From a virus, in the IMG/VR virus record IMGVR_UViG_3300036715_002961, positions 1 through 64,000 of that record: a stretch of 64,000 bases of DNA; one strand, 5' to 3'. Positions 28,312-38,341 of the stretch are shown one piece after another. A program made the position numbers and the translations under genes. The notes under the pieces were generated by a model that saw only the letters and a list, made by a program, of their open reading frames with translations, did not search any database and was not told the DNA's origin. Every line of letters starts with the position of its first letter. Positions within the stretch are counted from its first letter, which is position 1.

Positions 28312-28348
28312 AAAAAACAGGGGGTAGCCCTGGCGCCTTAGAATCCGA

Positions 28349-28789
28349 TCAAGAGAGTCGGGCGTCGCCGCCGGAGCACTCGAAGTTGATCGTGCACTTC
28401 ACATACTGCACACGATCGGCGATTTCCAGCGGGAACCCGCCAAACGCACAACCGCGGTAGTTGATCGTCGGCGTGTCGCCGTTGGCGAAGCTGAGGACGA
28501 TGGAAATCGTGAACTCAAGATCCGGCTTGATCCGCTGGGCTTTTTCACGGACCAGGTTGCGGAAACCCAAGAGCTTCTGGGAGGAAATGTCGAGGTCAAT
28601 CGACCCCTTGGTCCCTTTGAAGATCATGTCTTTCTCTTCCGAGAGCTGACCAAGGTAACCCTTGGAAATGATCTCGTAGACGTCCTCTTCGCTGAACTTC
28701 GTGATCTCGGAAATCTCTTCCCGGATCTCGCCGTCGACGGAGACGATGATCGTTACTTCTTGACCTTTGATGCGATTCTTCGGTGCCAT
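28349..28789 (-). CDS. Tail tube protein
   Basis: 146 aa beta-rich protein directly after the sheath gene; GGAG SD. Confidence 0.8.
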   Translation of the reverse strand: MAPKNRIKGQEVTIIVSVDGEIREEISEITKFSEEDVYEIISKGYLGQLSEEKDMIFKGTKGSIDLDISSQKLLGFRNLVREKAQRIKPDLEFTISIVLSFANGDTPTINYRGCAFGGFPLEIADRVQYVKCTINFECSGGDARLS

Positions 28790-28801
28790 GGGCGTCTCCT
28801 A

Positions 28802-31315
28802 TCAGGCGGCGAGCAGCTCTTGAACTTCGACGCTCTCGCCCGCCGTCACGGCAAACACGATCGCGTTGAGACCTGGGATGATTCGGACCTTCACGATGAT
28901 CCGGTAGAGGCCGCGGGCGAGAAGGTCCGCGGTGTTGCCGCTCTTCGAGTCGCGCGTGTAGCCCTCGATGCGCTGGCTCGCCGGGTTTTCCTTGGAGAGC
29001 AGCGCCGCGAGGAACGCGTCGACGTTCTCGTCGAGGTTTTTCCGCCGAGAGAGCGTTGACGCCTTTTTTGAGGGCGGACCGCCGATCAGGGCCAGCGTGT
29101 CTTGGACGTAGTCGGCCATGTTGCGCCGATTGATGGAGACGAGCGAGGGATAGGCCGCCGGGTCGACGGACGTCACGCCGCTCTGGAAACCGGCGATCGA
29201 ACTGTCGAACGACGCCGAACAGACGCCAGCGCGCTTGAGGATCTTGTAGTCGTTGATCTCGAAATTCTGGACGTTTGCGCCCGACTCGAAACCAACGATG
29301 TTTCCGAGCAGCTGCGTTTGCTGCGCCGGATTTTCCTCAGGTAGGAGCTGCGTCATGATGGAAACGAGGCAAGCGTCGGCGCCCACGTCGATCTGCCCAG
29401 ACGTCGAAAACCCGGCGCCGCCGCTTGCGCCGTTCGCGGCAATGTCAGGCAGAACCAGCGAGAAGTTGGGGTAGCAGTAGTAGACGCGGTCGCTCGCCGT
29501 CGCGCCGACGCCCGGTTCAGCCACGCGCGAAGCGGCGACGTCGCGGGCGGTGTTCATCGGGGCCCGGGCGACGAACTTGCGACCGAGGCATCCGTTGGCC
29601 GTCGCGTCGATCGCGTTCGCCCGGCCCATGCGGCGAACGGCGTTGGACTGGCGCGCGGACCAGATGAAATTGGCGTCGCGGGCGACCGAACGACGACTCT
29701 TGGTCTTGTCAAAGGCGGCCTGGTAGCGGACGTCGATCTGTGGCTCGGTCAGCGCCGCCGTGATAGCGAGCGGGTTGACGAAATCGAAGGCGCCGATGTC
29801 GACGACGCGACCGATGCGGTTGAGGCCGCCGATGGCGACCGACGTTCCGGTGCCGTCGTCGAGGGCATGACGGACCTTGGCCGAGTAGCCGCTGGGCGAG
29901 GCCGTGACGGCGACGCTCTGCATGGTCACGAAAGCCTGCGAGCCGGCGTCGAGCAGAACGGTACCAGCGGGAAGCGATCCGGTCGCTACACCGGCTGCCT
30001 GCGCGACGCCGACAACGAGGCCGAGCTTCGTGAGGACGGTTCCGGCCGAGGCGCCGACCACGCGGACCGAGCCGCCGTTTGCCTGCCCCGTGAAAAGGAT
30101 ACGGGTCGCGTCGTAAGCGCTCGCGAGAGCGTACCCGGCGGCTGCGTTGATTCGCGCGATGACCTGCGCCTGCGTCTGGTCGCCGACAAGGAACCCGACC
30201 GCGAAGGTTCCGCGGCCGTCAACCGCGAGCTGGAGGGACTCGCCGCCGACGAACCCGGTGGAGTAGGTCCCGGCGGTCGAGAGCAGGCGGGCGCGACCGT
30301 CGGCCGAGTTCATGGCGCCAGCCATGAACCCAAGCGCCGAGGCGGTGCCGCCGGCGACCCTCAAAAAGTCGGCGTCGCTCGCGTAGGCGTAGGAGACGCG
30401 GATTGCGCCGCTGGAAACCTTCTCAACGGTCGAGCCGCTGACGGCCGCTTCAACGATCGATTTGACCTCGGAAAACGAGACGGCGTCGACGTCGCCGATG
30501 TTGCCCGTTCCGAGGGTCGTAGCGACCGCGAAACCGAGCTTCGCGAGGACGCCCGACGAGGCCGCCACGACTCGAACGGATCCGCGAGAGCCTCGCCGGC
30601 GACCGGTCAGGCGGATGGCCGTCGCCGTCGCCGGATCGGCAAACGAGAACCCGGCGGCGGCGTTGATTCGAGCGATGACCTGCGCCTGCGTTTGGTCGCC
30701 CGCAAGAAACACAACGGTGAAGTCGCTCGCGTCGTCGTAGCCGAGCGTCAACGACTCGCCGCCGACGAACCCGGTGGCGTAGGTCCCGGCGCCCGACGTG
30801 ACGTTCGCAGCGGCCGCCGTAAACGTCGCGGCGAGCGAGACGCCGTCGCCCTTGTCAAACGAAATGGTGTCGCCCGGTTCGAGGTTGTACGAGAACGACG
30901 CGGCGCCGAGCAGGCTTGCGCGACGGTTGAACGACACCGCGCCAACGCTTGTGTCGACGCGACACAAGATCAGTCGCGAGAAGATGCGGCCGTAGATCTG
31001 CGCGTAGCCGTTGCCGTTCCAGTACTCGGGGACCAACGCGTCGTCCGCGCGACGCACGCGCGCACAAGGGTTCTGCGCGCCGATACCGTCGTAGGTGTAA
31101 CCGAACCCGCCGAAAACGCGAAGGTAGTCTTCGGCTCCAGCGATCTCGGTGGGGGATTCAAATGGACCATCTTCGAACTCACCGACGCAAACGGCTGTGC
31201 CGGTTCCAGCGCCGACGACGGGGGCCGGCGGCGTCAGGTCGAGAATGTTGACGGCCTCGATTTCGAGAAGAACATCGGGCCCGGGATCGGTGGTGAAACG
31301 GCGAACGAACGGCAT
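28802..31315 (-). CDS. Contractile tail sheath protein (~837 aa) with a duplicated inserted domain
   Basis: N-terminal GTAVCVGEFEDGP...PT...FGG; C-terminal INRRNMADYV...YRIIVKVRII; GGAGG SD. Confidence 0.88.
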   Translation of the reverse strand: MPFVRRFTTDPGPDVLLEIEAVNILDLTPPAPVVGAGTGTAVCVGEFEDGPFESPTEIAGAEDYLRVFGGFGYTYDGIGAQNPCARVRRADDALVPEYWNGNGYAQIYGRIFSRLILCRVDTSVGAVSFNRRASLLGAASFSYNLEPGDTISFDKGDGVSLAATFTAAAANVTSGAGTYATGFVGGESLTLGYDDASDFTVVFLAGDQTQAQVIARINAAAGFSFADPATATAIRLTGRRRGSRGSVRVVAASSGVLAKLGFAVATTLGTGNIGDVDAVSFSEVKSIVEAAVSGSTVEKVSSGAIRVSYAYASDADFLRVAGGTASALGFMAGAMNSADGRARLLSTAGTYSTGFVGGESLQLAVDGRGTFAVGFLVGDQTQAQVIARINAAAGYALASAYDATRILFTGQANGGSVRVVGASAGTVLTKLGLVVGVAQAAGVATGSLPAGTVLLDAGSQAFVTMQSVAVTASPSGYSAKVRHALDDGTGTSVAIGGLNRIGRVVDIGAFDFVNPLAITAALTEPQIDVRYQAAFDKTKSRRSVARDANFIWSARQSNAVRRMGRANAIDATANGCLGRKFVARAPMNTARDVAASRVAEPGVGATASDRVYYCYPNFSLVLPDIAANGASGGAGFSTSGQIDVGADACLVSIMTQLLPEENPAQQTQLLGNIVGFESGANVQNFEINDYKILKRAGVCSASFDSSIAGFQSGVTSVDPAAYPSLVSINRRNMADYVQDTLALIGGPPSKKASTLSRRKNLDENVDAFLAALLSKENPASQRIEGYTRDSKSGNTADLLARGLYRIIVKVRIIPGLNAIVFAVTAGESVEVQELLAA

Positions 31316-31388
31316 CTGGCGACCTCCAAGGGGGTTTGTGGTCGGCAGTACATCACACGCCACGGGAACCCGGGTTCCCGCGGGGCGG

Positions 31389-32156
31389 TTATCTGAGCGG
31401 GACGTTGCGCAGGTTTCGAGGCGAACCGTCGAGGACGAGGATGCCATCGGCGACCTCGGTCGCGCTTGGCGGGTCGTCGACGCCGACGACGATCTGGGCT
31501 TCGAATGGGACGTAAGGGATCAAAACGACAAGAGTTTGGCTCATCGTGACCTCGACAGACGCTTCGCGGCGGTTACGAATCGCCGATTCTTCGTCACGTT
31601 GACGGTCGCTTTCTTGCCAAAATTCGACGACTTGCTCGTAGTAGTCGGGCAAGAGGAACCGCACGCCGCGGTTTTCCTGCGTCGGATTGAGCGCGTAGGC
31701 AATGCACGAAATAATCGAGCGAGATTCAGCCTTTGAAGATGCGTGGATCTCGATGGCGAATCGCTCGGTGCGGTAGCCGACCCGCTGAAGAACCGTTCCG
31801 AAACCGAACTGGTCGCAGGTCTCTTCCATGACCTGCGGGCCCATGCCAGGGGGCTCGGTTTCCGGGTTCTGGAGCGTCATAAAAACAAGCGACGGGCGGC
31901 GAAGCTCGACCTCGCCGTCGGGCCATCCGATGTGAATGTCCGCCGGCGGGATCTTGAAAAGGATCGGTTCGCCAAGTTCGCCAGTGACCGGGTCTTTGTC
32001 GCCGGGGCGGTAGAAGTTGAGAAGGGACATGTAGCGTTTGAGGACGCGAAGGCCACGCGTGCGGACGTCGACCGAAACGGCAGCCGGGGCTGGCCGAGGG
32101 GGAAACGACGCGTAGGGCGTGCCGACGACCAATTTGGAAAGGGGGAGATCAGCCAT
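31389..32156 (-). CDS. Tail terminator / completion protein
   Basis: Synteny (before the sheath); FAIEIHASSKAESRSI strand-helix pattern. Confidence 0.55.
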   Translation of the reverse strand: MADLPLSKLVVGTPYASFPPRPAPAAVSVDVRTRGLRVLKRYMSLLNFYRPGDKDPVTGELGEPILFKIPPADIHIGWPDGEVELRRPSLVFMTLQNPETEPPGMGPQVMEETCDQFGFGTVLQRVGYRTERFAIEIHASSKAESRSIISCIAYALNPTQENRGVRFLLPDYYEQVVEFWQESDRQRDEESAIRNRREASVEVTMSQTLVVLIPYVPFEAQIVVGVDDPPSATEVADGILVLDGSPRNLRNVPLR

Positions 32157-32649
32157 TGAATGCCTCTTCGATTGCGTCTGCGATCTCTTCGACCAGGAAC
32201 TCGCCGCTGAGTTTCATCGCGCGTTCCAGGATTCGAAGGCCCTTGCCCTCGTTGAAGATGCCGCGCTTTTGCATGGATTTGGCGATAGCGAACGCGATTG
32301 AGGGCGCTTCGTCCTGCGTTCCGATGCCTTTGCGGACAACCCAACGCGCGAGGTCTTCGAGCATTTGACGGCCGATCTTCACGTTTTGAGACCGAACGCC
32401 GTACTCGATGAACGGGGCATGGGGAGCGACGTTGTAGATCTCGACGCCGTCGGGGGTCGGTTCGGACCGCCAGCCGGCGCGGTAGGCGCCTCGGTCGACG
32501 GGAACACGGGGCTCAGAGGGGATCAGCTCGTTGACGATATGAGCGACGACGCGAGCGCCCGCCGAAACGATGCCCGCGCGAGCCGCCTTCTCGACGCTGG
32601 TCCCAATGTATTGCCGGAGCGCCGGATCCTTGAGGTCGAAAATGGGCAT
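32149..32649 (-). CDS. Neck / tail completion protein (HK97 gp10-like)
   Basis: PVDRGAYRAGW...APHAPFIEYG. Confidence 0.8.
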   Translation of the reverse strand: MPIFDLKDPALRQYIGTSVEKAARAGIVSAGARVVAHIVNELIPSEPRVPVDRGAYRAGWRSEPTPDGVEIYNVAPHAPFIEYGVRSQNVKIGRQMLEDLARWVVRKGIGTQDEAPSIAFAIAKSMQKRGIFNEGKGLRILERAMKLSGEFLVEEIADAIEEAFNG

Positions 32650-32650
32650 G

Positions 32651-33418
32651 TCAGTCCTCGTTGACGCCGGCTTGGTTGCGTCCCGCGCGCGAGCGATCCT
32701 CATCGGCACGCTCCAGCACGAGAGACCAGTCGGCGCGGTTGCGGCGCTTCGTGGGGAGGCTCGCGGCGCGGAAGCGCATGCGCTCTGCGTCTTTAACGCC
32801 GACCTCGACGACCTCCCAAAAAAACGAAACGCGATCAGGGATCCGACGAGACGACCCGGGATCCATCGCGCCCGCGAGGACTAGTGCCGCTTCGTCGGCG
32901 CGAAGGCCCATGAGCGACGCGGGGACGCCCGGTGGGGGCTCGCAGACCGACTGCGTGCACGCGCCAAGGCTCGCGAAAAATTCGGGGTTGGGAAGCGTCC
33001 GGCCGAGCAAGTTGTCGGCGGTCAGCAAGAGCGAAATTCCGTCGACGCGGATCGAACCCACGGGAACCACACCACCGGAAAATCCCTGGAGCGCGACGCT
33101 GCTCAGATCGGAGACGACCGGGCGGGGGAGAAGCTTGACGCTCGCGAGCAGGCGGGCGCGACCCTCGCCGCGCTCGGCGCCGCTCCATTGCTCCCAAATC
33201 AGGTAGACGTCCCAGGGCGTGAGGCCGAGACGGTCGCGCGTCTTCGAGCGGATCCGGGCGACCATCGGGGCCATGCGCTGGAGGATGGTCGGACCAGGGC
33301 CGCAAGCGGGCTCTTCCGCGAGGGTCTCCATGGCGATGCCGCCGGCGGGCCACGCCGAGACGAGCGGTTGCGGGCACGCGCTGCAATCGGTCTCACACTG
33401 CCCGCAACCGCAGTACAT
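32651..33418 (-). CDS. Putative head-closure protein with Cys-rich N-terminus
   Basis: Synteny in the neck module; starts MYCGCGQCETDCSAC. Confidence 0.5.
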   Translation of the reverse strand: MYCGCGQCETDCSACPQPLVSAWPAGGIAMETLAEEPACGPGPTILQRMAPMVARIRSKTRDRLGLTPWDVYLIWEQWSGAERGEGRARLLASVKLLPRPVVSDLSSVALQGFSGGVVPVGSIRVDGISLLLTADNLLGRTLPNPEFFASLGACTQSVCEPPPGVPASLMGLRADEAALVLAGAMDPGSSRRIPDRVSFFWEVVEVGVKDAERMRFRAASLPTKRRNRADWSLVLERADEDRSRAGRNQAGVNED

Positions 33419-33723
33419 CAGCGCCCCCCGTCCTGGGCCGCGCCCGCGTCGCGCGAGGCACCCTCACGCCCGCGTTGGGCCGCCTTGGTCAGCTCGCGAA
33501 CGACCGGTTCGAGGTCGGCGGTGACGCCGCAAATCGTGCGCAGCGCGGGCATGTCAGCATCAGGGTGTTCGGCGACGCAAACGGCGAGCGTCAGGTCGAC
33601 CGCGCCGCGGATGACAGCCTTGTTGGCGGCCGGCGAACAGGCGGGCGGAACGACCGCGATCAGCGCGGCGCCGAGAACGGAGAGAAGAGCGAAACGGAAC
33701 GGAATGGCCGGGCGATTGCACAT
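33418..33723 (-). CDS. Small putative lipoprotein
   Basis: Hydrophobic signal ending VVPPAC; two further Cys residues. Confidence 0.5.
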   Translation of the reverse strand: MCNRPAIPFRFALLSVLGAALIAVVPPACSPAANKAVIRGAVDLTLAVCVAEHPDADMPALRTICGVTADLEPVVRELTKAAQRGREGASRDAGAAQDGGR

Positions 33724-33734
33724 GGAGAATCCTT

Positions 33735-34172
33735 TCAGAGAACGGGGACGTTGATGCCACCGGAACAGCCCTTGAGCCACTCGCGCATGTCGTAGGGATT
33801 GACCGGGCATCCCAAGAGATTCGCGAGGCCTTGCTGGGCGATTTTGTAGGTAGAGGCGAGCTTTCGAAGTCGCTTTTCGTCGACGGTAATCTCGCCAATA
33901 GACGAGATTTCGTTGAGATCGGAGTTGCAGAAAACCTGGTTCATAATGTCGTCGAGACGAGCCAGGAACTTCATGAGACGCGGCACGGAATGAATATTGA
34001 GCTGCGTCATCGAATTTTCGATCGCGAACAGCGGATGCACGAGAATCGGGACGCCGAGACCGTAGGTCGTCGCCGATGAAACGTCGAGATACCCCATGTG
34101 CTCGCGCACGCGGGATTTGGTCTCTTCGGACAGGACTGCGACTTTCGGGGGTAGTCTCGTGATGCCGCTCAT
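33735..34172 (-). CDS. Putative head-tail adaptor
   Basis: LSEETKSRVREHMGY helical protein, two genes after the major capsid gene. Confidence 0.55.
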   Translation of the reverse strand: MSGITRLPPKVAVLSEETKSRVREHMGYLDVSSATTYGLGVPILVHPLFAIENSMTQLNIHSVPRLMKFLARLDDIMNQVFCNSDLNEISSIGEITVDEKRLRKLASTYKIAQQGLANLLGCPVNPYDMREWLKGCSGGINVPVL

Positions 34173-34241
34173 GGCGCCAAAATACACGAAACCCTCTGTC
34201 GCCTGGACAGAGGGTTCGGTTTTCGGAAATGCAAGAGTCGG

Positions 34242-34562
34242 TCAGGGCGCCACGGGGGAGAGCTGCACGCCTTGGGAGCGCAGCGAGTCGAGGTCGTAGG
34301 AGGCCGCGTTGACGATCTTCCCGGCGGGAAGGGTGTAAATGCAGCCATCGGCCGCGATCCGGGCGGCCGCGACGACGACGAAATCGCCGCTTTTGGGGGT
34401 GTGGTTGGGGACGAACTCGCGAACCGGAAAATCGGGCAACGCGAGATTGGGTGCGTCCTCGACGGCCGGTTGAACGTCGCTCGGAGCGACCAGCGGCGAG
34501 GCCGCTTCGTTGTCAGAGGCTGCAAGTTCTTCGACGGACATTTGAGCGCGTGCACGGGCCAT
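34242..34562 (-). CDS. Small hypothetical head-associated protein
   Basis: Follows the major capsid gene; GAGG SD. Confidence 0.55.
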   Translation of the reverse strand: MARARAQMSVEELAASDNEAASPLVAPSDVQPAVEDAPNLALPDFPVREFVPNHTPKSGDFVVVAAARIAADGCIYTLPAGKIVNAASYDLDSLRSQGVQLSPVAP

Positions 34563-34579
34563 GGGGAGAACCTCTCAGA

Positions 34580-34615
34580 GAAAAAAGGGGGCGACCGAAA
34601 CTTGGCCTCCCCCTT
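34580..34615 (-). terminator. Terminator after the capsid gene
   Basis: AAGGGGG...CCCCCTT hairpin followed by a T run. Confidence 0.65.
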
Positions 34616-34644
34616 CATAGCATTTGAATACCAACAGAACGAAA

Positions 34645-36045
34645 TCAGTACCCAGCGTGCTGGAGAACGATCGCGCGTTTGAAGCGCTCGGGGCCGCTCG
34701 GGGCGAGAATGTCCGACGGCGGCGTGAAGCTCGTCGTGATCGACCAGGTATGCGAGACCTTCTGCTGCATACGGTCGACCGGCGCGCGCATGATCAGGCG
34801 GATCCGGTCGGTCATGATCGCGACGCCGTTGTTGACGATGTCGAACATGCCGGTCTTGCCCGTGATGCCCGCTTCGGTCGTGAAAAGCCCCTCGTCGAGG
34901 TACTTTTCAACGAGCGCGCCCTTGCCCGTCAGGATCGTGTGCCCGATGGGAACACCGTTCGCGTTGACGATTTCGTTGCCGAGATCCGGAGCGTAGAACG
35001 ACGAGGTTCCGGTGGAGACGAGCGAGCCGGTATTGGTCGTTTCCGGCGCGTCGGTGTTGAGGAAGAACATGATCCCCGACGTCTGGCCGATGAAACCTTC
35101 GCGGTACGCGGCACCATCGGGAAGGCTCTGGTTGAGCCGCTGGTAGACGGGATCGGAGAAGATCTGTGCGTTGGTCAGCGGCGAAATGTGCGCGTGGTAG
35201 AACCCGTCGTCGTGCGGGGTGACGTTGTGGCGTCGGAGGTACGCGACCGCGTTGATCACCTGCTGGAGAAGGAACGTGTCAGTCGCCGCAATCGAGTCAA
35301 CCGACGTTCCGCCAGAGGGGCGAACGATGCGGCTCGCGTAGACGGAAACGATCGGGGAGCGAGCAACGAAGGCGGCGCCCACTGCGGCGGAGAGCAGGAG
35401 CTGACCGGGGCCGTAAACGTCGGCGGGGTCGTTGGGCGTAAACCCGATGACATAGCAGCGCTTCTTGGCTACGCCGGTCCCGACGTCGATCGGGAGCGCG
35501 TAGGTGGCAGAGACCGGCTGCGGGCGGGCGCTGACGTTCGGGAGAAGAACGTCGATGAACCCGTTGAGGGACGCGACGGCGATGGTCGTATCGGTAGCGC
35601 CGATGGCGGCGGTCGCGACCGTGTTGCCGGCGAGGTACGCCCGGAACAGATTGTTGCGCGCAATTCGGTTGACCGACATGCCGGCTTGCAGGCCCTGCTG
35701 GCGAATGTTGGTCAGGAACAGGTTCGCAGCGGCGACTGTCGAGGTCGGCATGTGCGTGTCCATCGTCGCGCCGAACTGCTGGATCCGAGCAACCCACTGC
35801 TCGTAGATCATCGGCGTCGGCAGCGGGTCTTCGCCCGGCGTCAGCGGCTTGGTCACGGCCGGGAGAAGGCCCGGACGCGACATGATGATCTCTTCACCCG
35901 CACCCGACGGGAACTCTTCCGAAACCGCTTCTGCGCGGAACTGGATCGTCGGGAAAAGGGAGTCGTGAAACGCGCGTTCGAGAGCGCCGGTCTGAATGAG
36001 ATCGGCGATCTGGGCGGGCATGATTGACGCGAGCTGATTGGCCAT
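34645..36045 (-). CDS. Major capsid protein (466 aa)
   Basis: Follows the scaffold; FYHAHISP...IFSDP...GFIGQTSGIMF and PVDRMQQKVSHTW fit HK97-fold capsid proteins; followed by a terminator. Confidence 0.85.
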   Translation of the reverse strand: MANQLASIMPAQIADLIQTGALERAFHDSLFPTIQFRAEAVSEEFPSGAGEEIIMSRPGLLPAVTKPLTPGEDPLPTPMIYEQWVARIQQFGATMDTHMPTSTVAAANLFLTNIRQQGLQAGMSVNRIARNNLFRAYLAGNTVATAAIGATDTTIAVASLNGFIDVLLPNVSARPQPVSATYALPIDVGTGVAKKRCYVIGFTPNDPADVYGPGQLLLSAAVGAAFVARSPIVSVYASRIVRPSGGTSVDSIAATDTFLLQQVINAVAYLRRHNVTPHDDGFYHAHISPLTNAQIFSDPVYQRLNQSLPDGAAYREGFIGQTSGIMFFLNTDAPETTNTGSLVSTGTSSFYAPDLGNEIVNANGVPIGHTILTGKGALVEKYLDEGLFTTEAGITGKTGMFDIVNNGVAIMTDRIRLIMRAPVDRMQQKVSHTWSITTSFTPPSDILAPSGPERFKRAIVLQHAGY

Positions 36046-36123
36046 GGGGAAACCTCGATTGATGGAAAGTTGCGTTCCCCGGAATCCACCTGTTACCGCC
36101 GGCGTCGCGTGTTGGGGTTCGCC

Positions 36124-36153
36124 ACAGTCGCACTTTCAAAAAGATCGTGTCAA
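36124..36153 (-). promoter_or_regulatory. Putative sigma70 promoter for the capsid gene
   Basis: TTGACA-N18-GACTGT, just downstream of a terminator. Confidence 0.45.
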
Positions 36154-36164
36154 ACCAGGGGCAC

Positions 36165-36196
36165 AAAAAAAGAACCGCCCCGGCGAAGGGGCGGTT
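36165..36196 (-). terminator. Rho-independent terminator between scaffold and capsid genes
   Basis: AACCGCCCC...GGGGCGGTT followed by CTTTTTTT. Confidence 0.8.
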
Positions 36197-36223
36197 TGGA
36201 GAGGAACCCGGGTTCTCGTCCGG

Positions 36224-37048
36224 TTAGACGGTGTAACCCTTTTGCCGCATAGCTGCGCGGAACTCCTCTTTCGAGAGTTTCCGCATGTCCACAACGCCGT
36301 TGCCACCCGCTGCGTCGACGCGGGGTTCCGCTTCGGGACCCGGGTCTTTGGGGCCGGTTTGAAGCGGGGTCTTGGGGACCTGAGGAGGGGTGTACCCCTT
36401 GGCGCGGGCGGGATGCTTGGCAATGTAGTCCTTGATGAAGGAATTTACCGCTTTGCGTCCAGATCCGGCCTGGTAGGCATCAGGGTTCCGCTTGATGTCG
36501 CGAGCGAGCTTGTCGGCGACGACGTCGTGGTACTCAGGGTCGACGACCGCTTCGAGGGCCGATTTGACCAGGAACGCGCCCGCGCGTTCAGCCGCTCGGA
36601 TCTCGACGCGCTCGACGCGGGCTTCGGCCTGCTCGCGAAGCTTGCGCTCGCTTGCCAGCTCTTCGCGCCTCCGCTCGTCTTCGGAGAGCTTGGCTTTGCG
36701 GTTTTCTTCTTCGCGAGCGCGAAGGGTTTTGAGTTCCTCTTGGCTCGCTTTGATGGCTTCGACGTCGTCGGTGCCGAACAGCTCGCGGAGCTGCGCCTTG
36801 GACGCGCGCGCGAGGCGAGCCGCGAATTTCTTTTTCGAGAGCTGAATGACTTGATCGCCTTCGAGATCATCGTCGTCATCGTCGCTCTCGCCGCTCGTCG
36901 TGCCCGCGGGAGCGGTCGAGGGGGAAGCCGCCGGCGGCGCAGCGGGCGCGGGTGGGGAGGGGGAGGGGGGCGAACCAGCCGCCGGGGGCGTCGCGGGGGC
37001 CGCGGGCTCGGTCGGCTGATTCGGGTCGGTCGGGGAGAGTTGCGCCAT
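36224..37048 (-). CDS. Capsid scaffolding protein
   Basis: Pro/acidic N-terminus, charged coiled coil, short C-terminal helix (LSKEEFRAAMRQKG); directly before the capsid gene. Confidence 0.8.
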   Translation of the reverse strand: MAQLSPTDPNQPTEPAAPATPPAAGSPPSPSPPAPAAPPAASPSTAPAGTTSGESDDDDDDLEGDQVIQLSKKKFAARLARASKAQLRELFGTDDVEAIKASQEELKTLRAREEENRKAKLSEDERRREELASERKLREQAEARVERVEIRAAERAGAFLVKSALEAVVDPEYHDVVADKLARDIKRNPDAYQAGSGRKAVNSFIKDYIAKHPARAKGYTPPQVPKTPLQTGPKDPGPEAEPRVDAAGGNGVVDMRKLSKEEFRAAMRQKGYTV

Positions 37049-37063
37049 TTTTGAGGTCCTAGG

Positions 37064-37741
37064 TCAGATGATCGGGGAGACGGCCGCGAGCTGCGTCGGA
37101 AGCGACGTCGCCCGGTCGACCGCGAGCTTGACCGTCGCCTTTGTCACGGCGTCGGCGCCCGCGAAGGTAATCGTCGTCTTAGCCAAATTCAAGCGAGCTT
37201 GACCGGCGGCCGGCACCCCAGCACCGGGGGCGAGGACGATCTTTCGACCGGCCGCAGTCCCGACGTCTGCGTTGACTTCCTCGGCGAGGATCGTCGAACC
37301 CGCGTAGGCCGCGGGGAGCGTCAGAACATTGGCCACAACGGGGCCGGTGTATTCGACCACGTCGTGCTGTTCGGGGACGTAGAGAACGTCGACGTTGGTC
37401 TGGGCGTCGGCGGCGAGAAACGCAATATCGCCCGACGGCGTGATGGCCGCCTGCCCGGTCGCCGGGGTCGTTCCGAACCCCACGATCGTCATTTCGCCGG
37501 GGACTCCGCCCGCGAGAACCGTCACGCGGAGAAGCGACGCGGCCTTCGCGTCGTCGGGGAGTTTGATCGTTTGAAGCGTCGTGAGGCTCGACGGATCGGC
37601 CGCCGGGGTCGCACCGCGAATGACAGTCGGAAGGGACAAGAGAAGCGAGCCGAACTGAATGAACTTGAGGAGGTCGGCGACCTGCCCCGCGGTGATTCGG
37701 TTGGCGACACTCTTGAGGCTGTTTGCGAGAAGATTGATCAT
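37064..37741 (-). CDS. Putative head decoration / structural protein
   Basis: Ala/Thr/Val-rich beta protein with an internal repeat (TPATGQA / VPAAGQA). Confidence 0.5.
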   Translation of the reverse strand: MINLLANSLKSVANRITAGQVADLLKFIQFGSLLLSLPTVIRGATPAADPSSLTTLQTIKLPDDAKAASLLRVTVLAGGVPGEMTIVGFGTTPATGQAAITPSGDIAFLAADAQTNVDVLYVPEQHDVVEYTGPVVANVLTLPAAYAGSTILAEEVNADVGTAAGRKIVLAPGAGVPAAGQARLNLAKTTITFAGADAVTKATVKLAVDRATSLPTQLAAVSPII

Positions 37742-37756
37742 GATCCGAGGGTCCTT

Positions 37757-38140
37757 TCAGAGATTGCCGCTGGCGCAGAACTCGGCGCTAGCGACGCCCA
37801 TGACTTCGGCGAGAACCACTCGGTTGGACGAGGGGAACGTCGCGAAAAAGAGGGTATCGACGGCGAACGTCGCGGTCGAATTGTCCTTGTACGTCAAACG
37901 CAGCACCAGAGGGCTCGAGCATTTGAGGTAAAAGAAATCGGCTTCTTTGACGCTCAGCGGGCCGACCACGGGGAGGGGCACGAACGCCACGGCCGATGAA
38001 ACAGAAGCGGCGCCAGTCTGCCGAGAGCCAGACGGTTGCACCAGCTCGAAGGGAAGGTTCGCGATGGAGGCTGTCGGGCTGCACGAGTCAACCGCGCCGC
38101 CGCCGATGACGACGGCCCCGCGCATGACGACCGATTCCAT
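37757..38140 (-). CDS. Hypothetical structural protein
   Basis: Beta-rich 127 aa ORF in the head module. Confidence 0.55.
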   Translation of the reverse strand: MESVVMRGAVVIGGGAVDSCSPTASIANLPFELVQPSGSRQTGAASVSSAVAFVPLPVVGPLSVKEADFFYLKCSSPLVLRLTYKDNSTATFAVDTLFFATFPSSNRVVLAEVMGVASAEFCASGNL

Positions 38141-38337
38141 CAGCCGCCGCCGTTGAGTTTGAACGGCGTGTTGGTCGCGCCGCGCGGGGTCGGCGGGTTG
38201 ATGATCAGGCGGATGCCGCCCGGCGGGATCGTCTCAGGGTTCGGACCTTGCGGCGACGAAACGGGACACGAGTTGCGCGTGGGAGCGGGGGCGGGGGTCG
38301 ACGAGGACGGGGAACCGCCGAAGGGGAGATTGCTCAT
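38140..38337 (-). CDS. Small Pro-rich protein (65 aa)
   Basis: GAGGTGA SD; 1-nt overlap with the next gene. Confidence 0.55.
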   Translation of the reverse strand: MSNLPFGGSPSSSTPAPAPTRNSCPVSSPQGPNPETIPPGGIRLIINPPTPRGATNTPFKLNGGG

Positions 38338-38341
38338 GATT

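Noticed and set aside
19360-31315. Bacterial T6SS, eCIS or tailocin locus
   Set aside because: Linked capsid, portal, terminase and replication genes indicate a complete phage.
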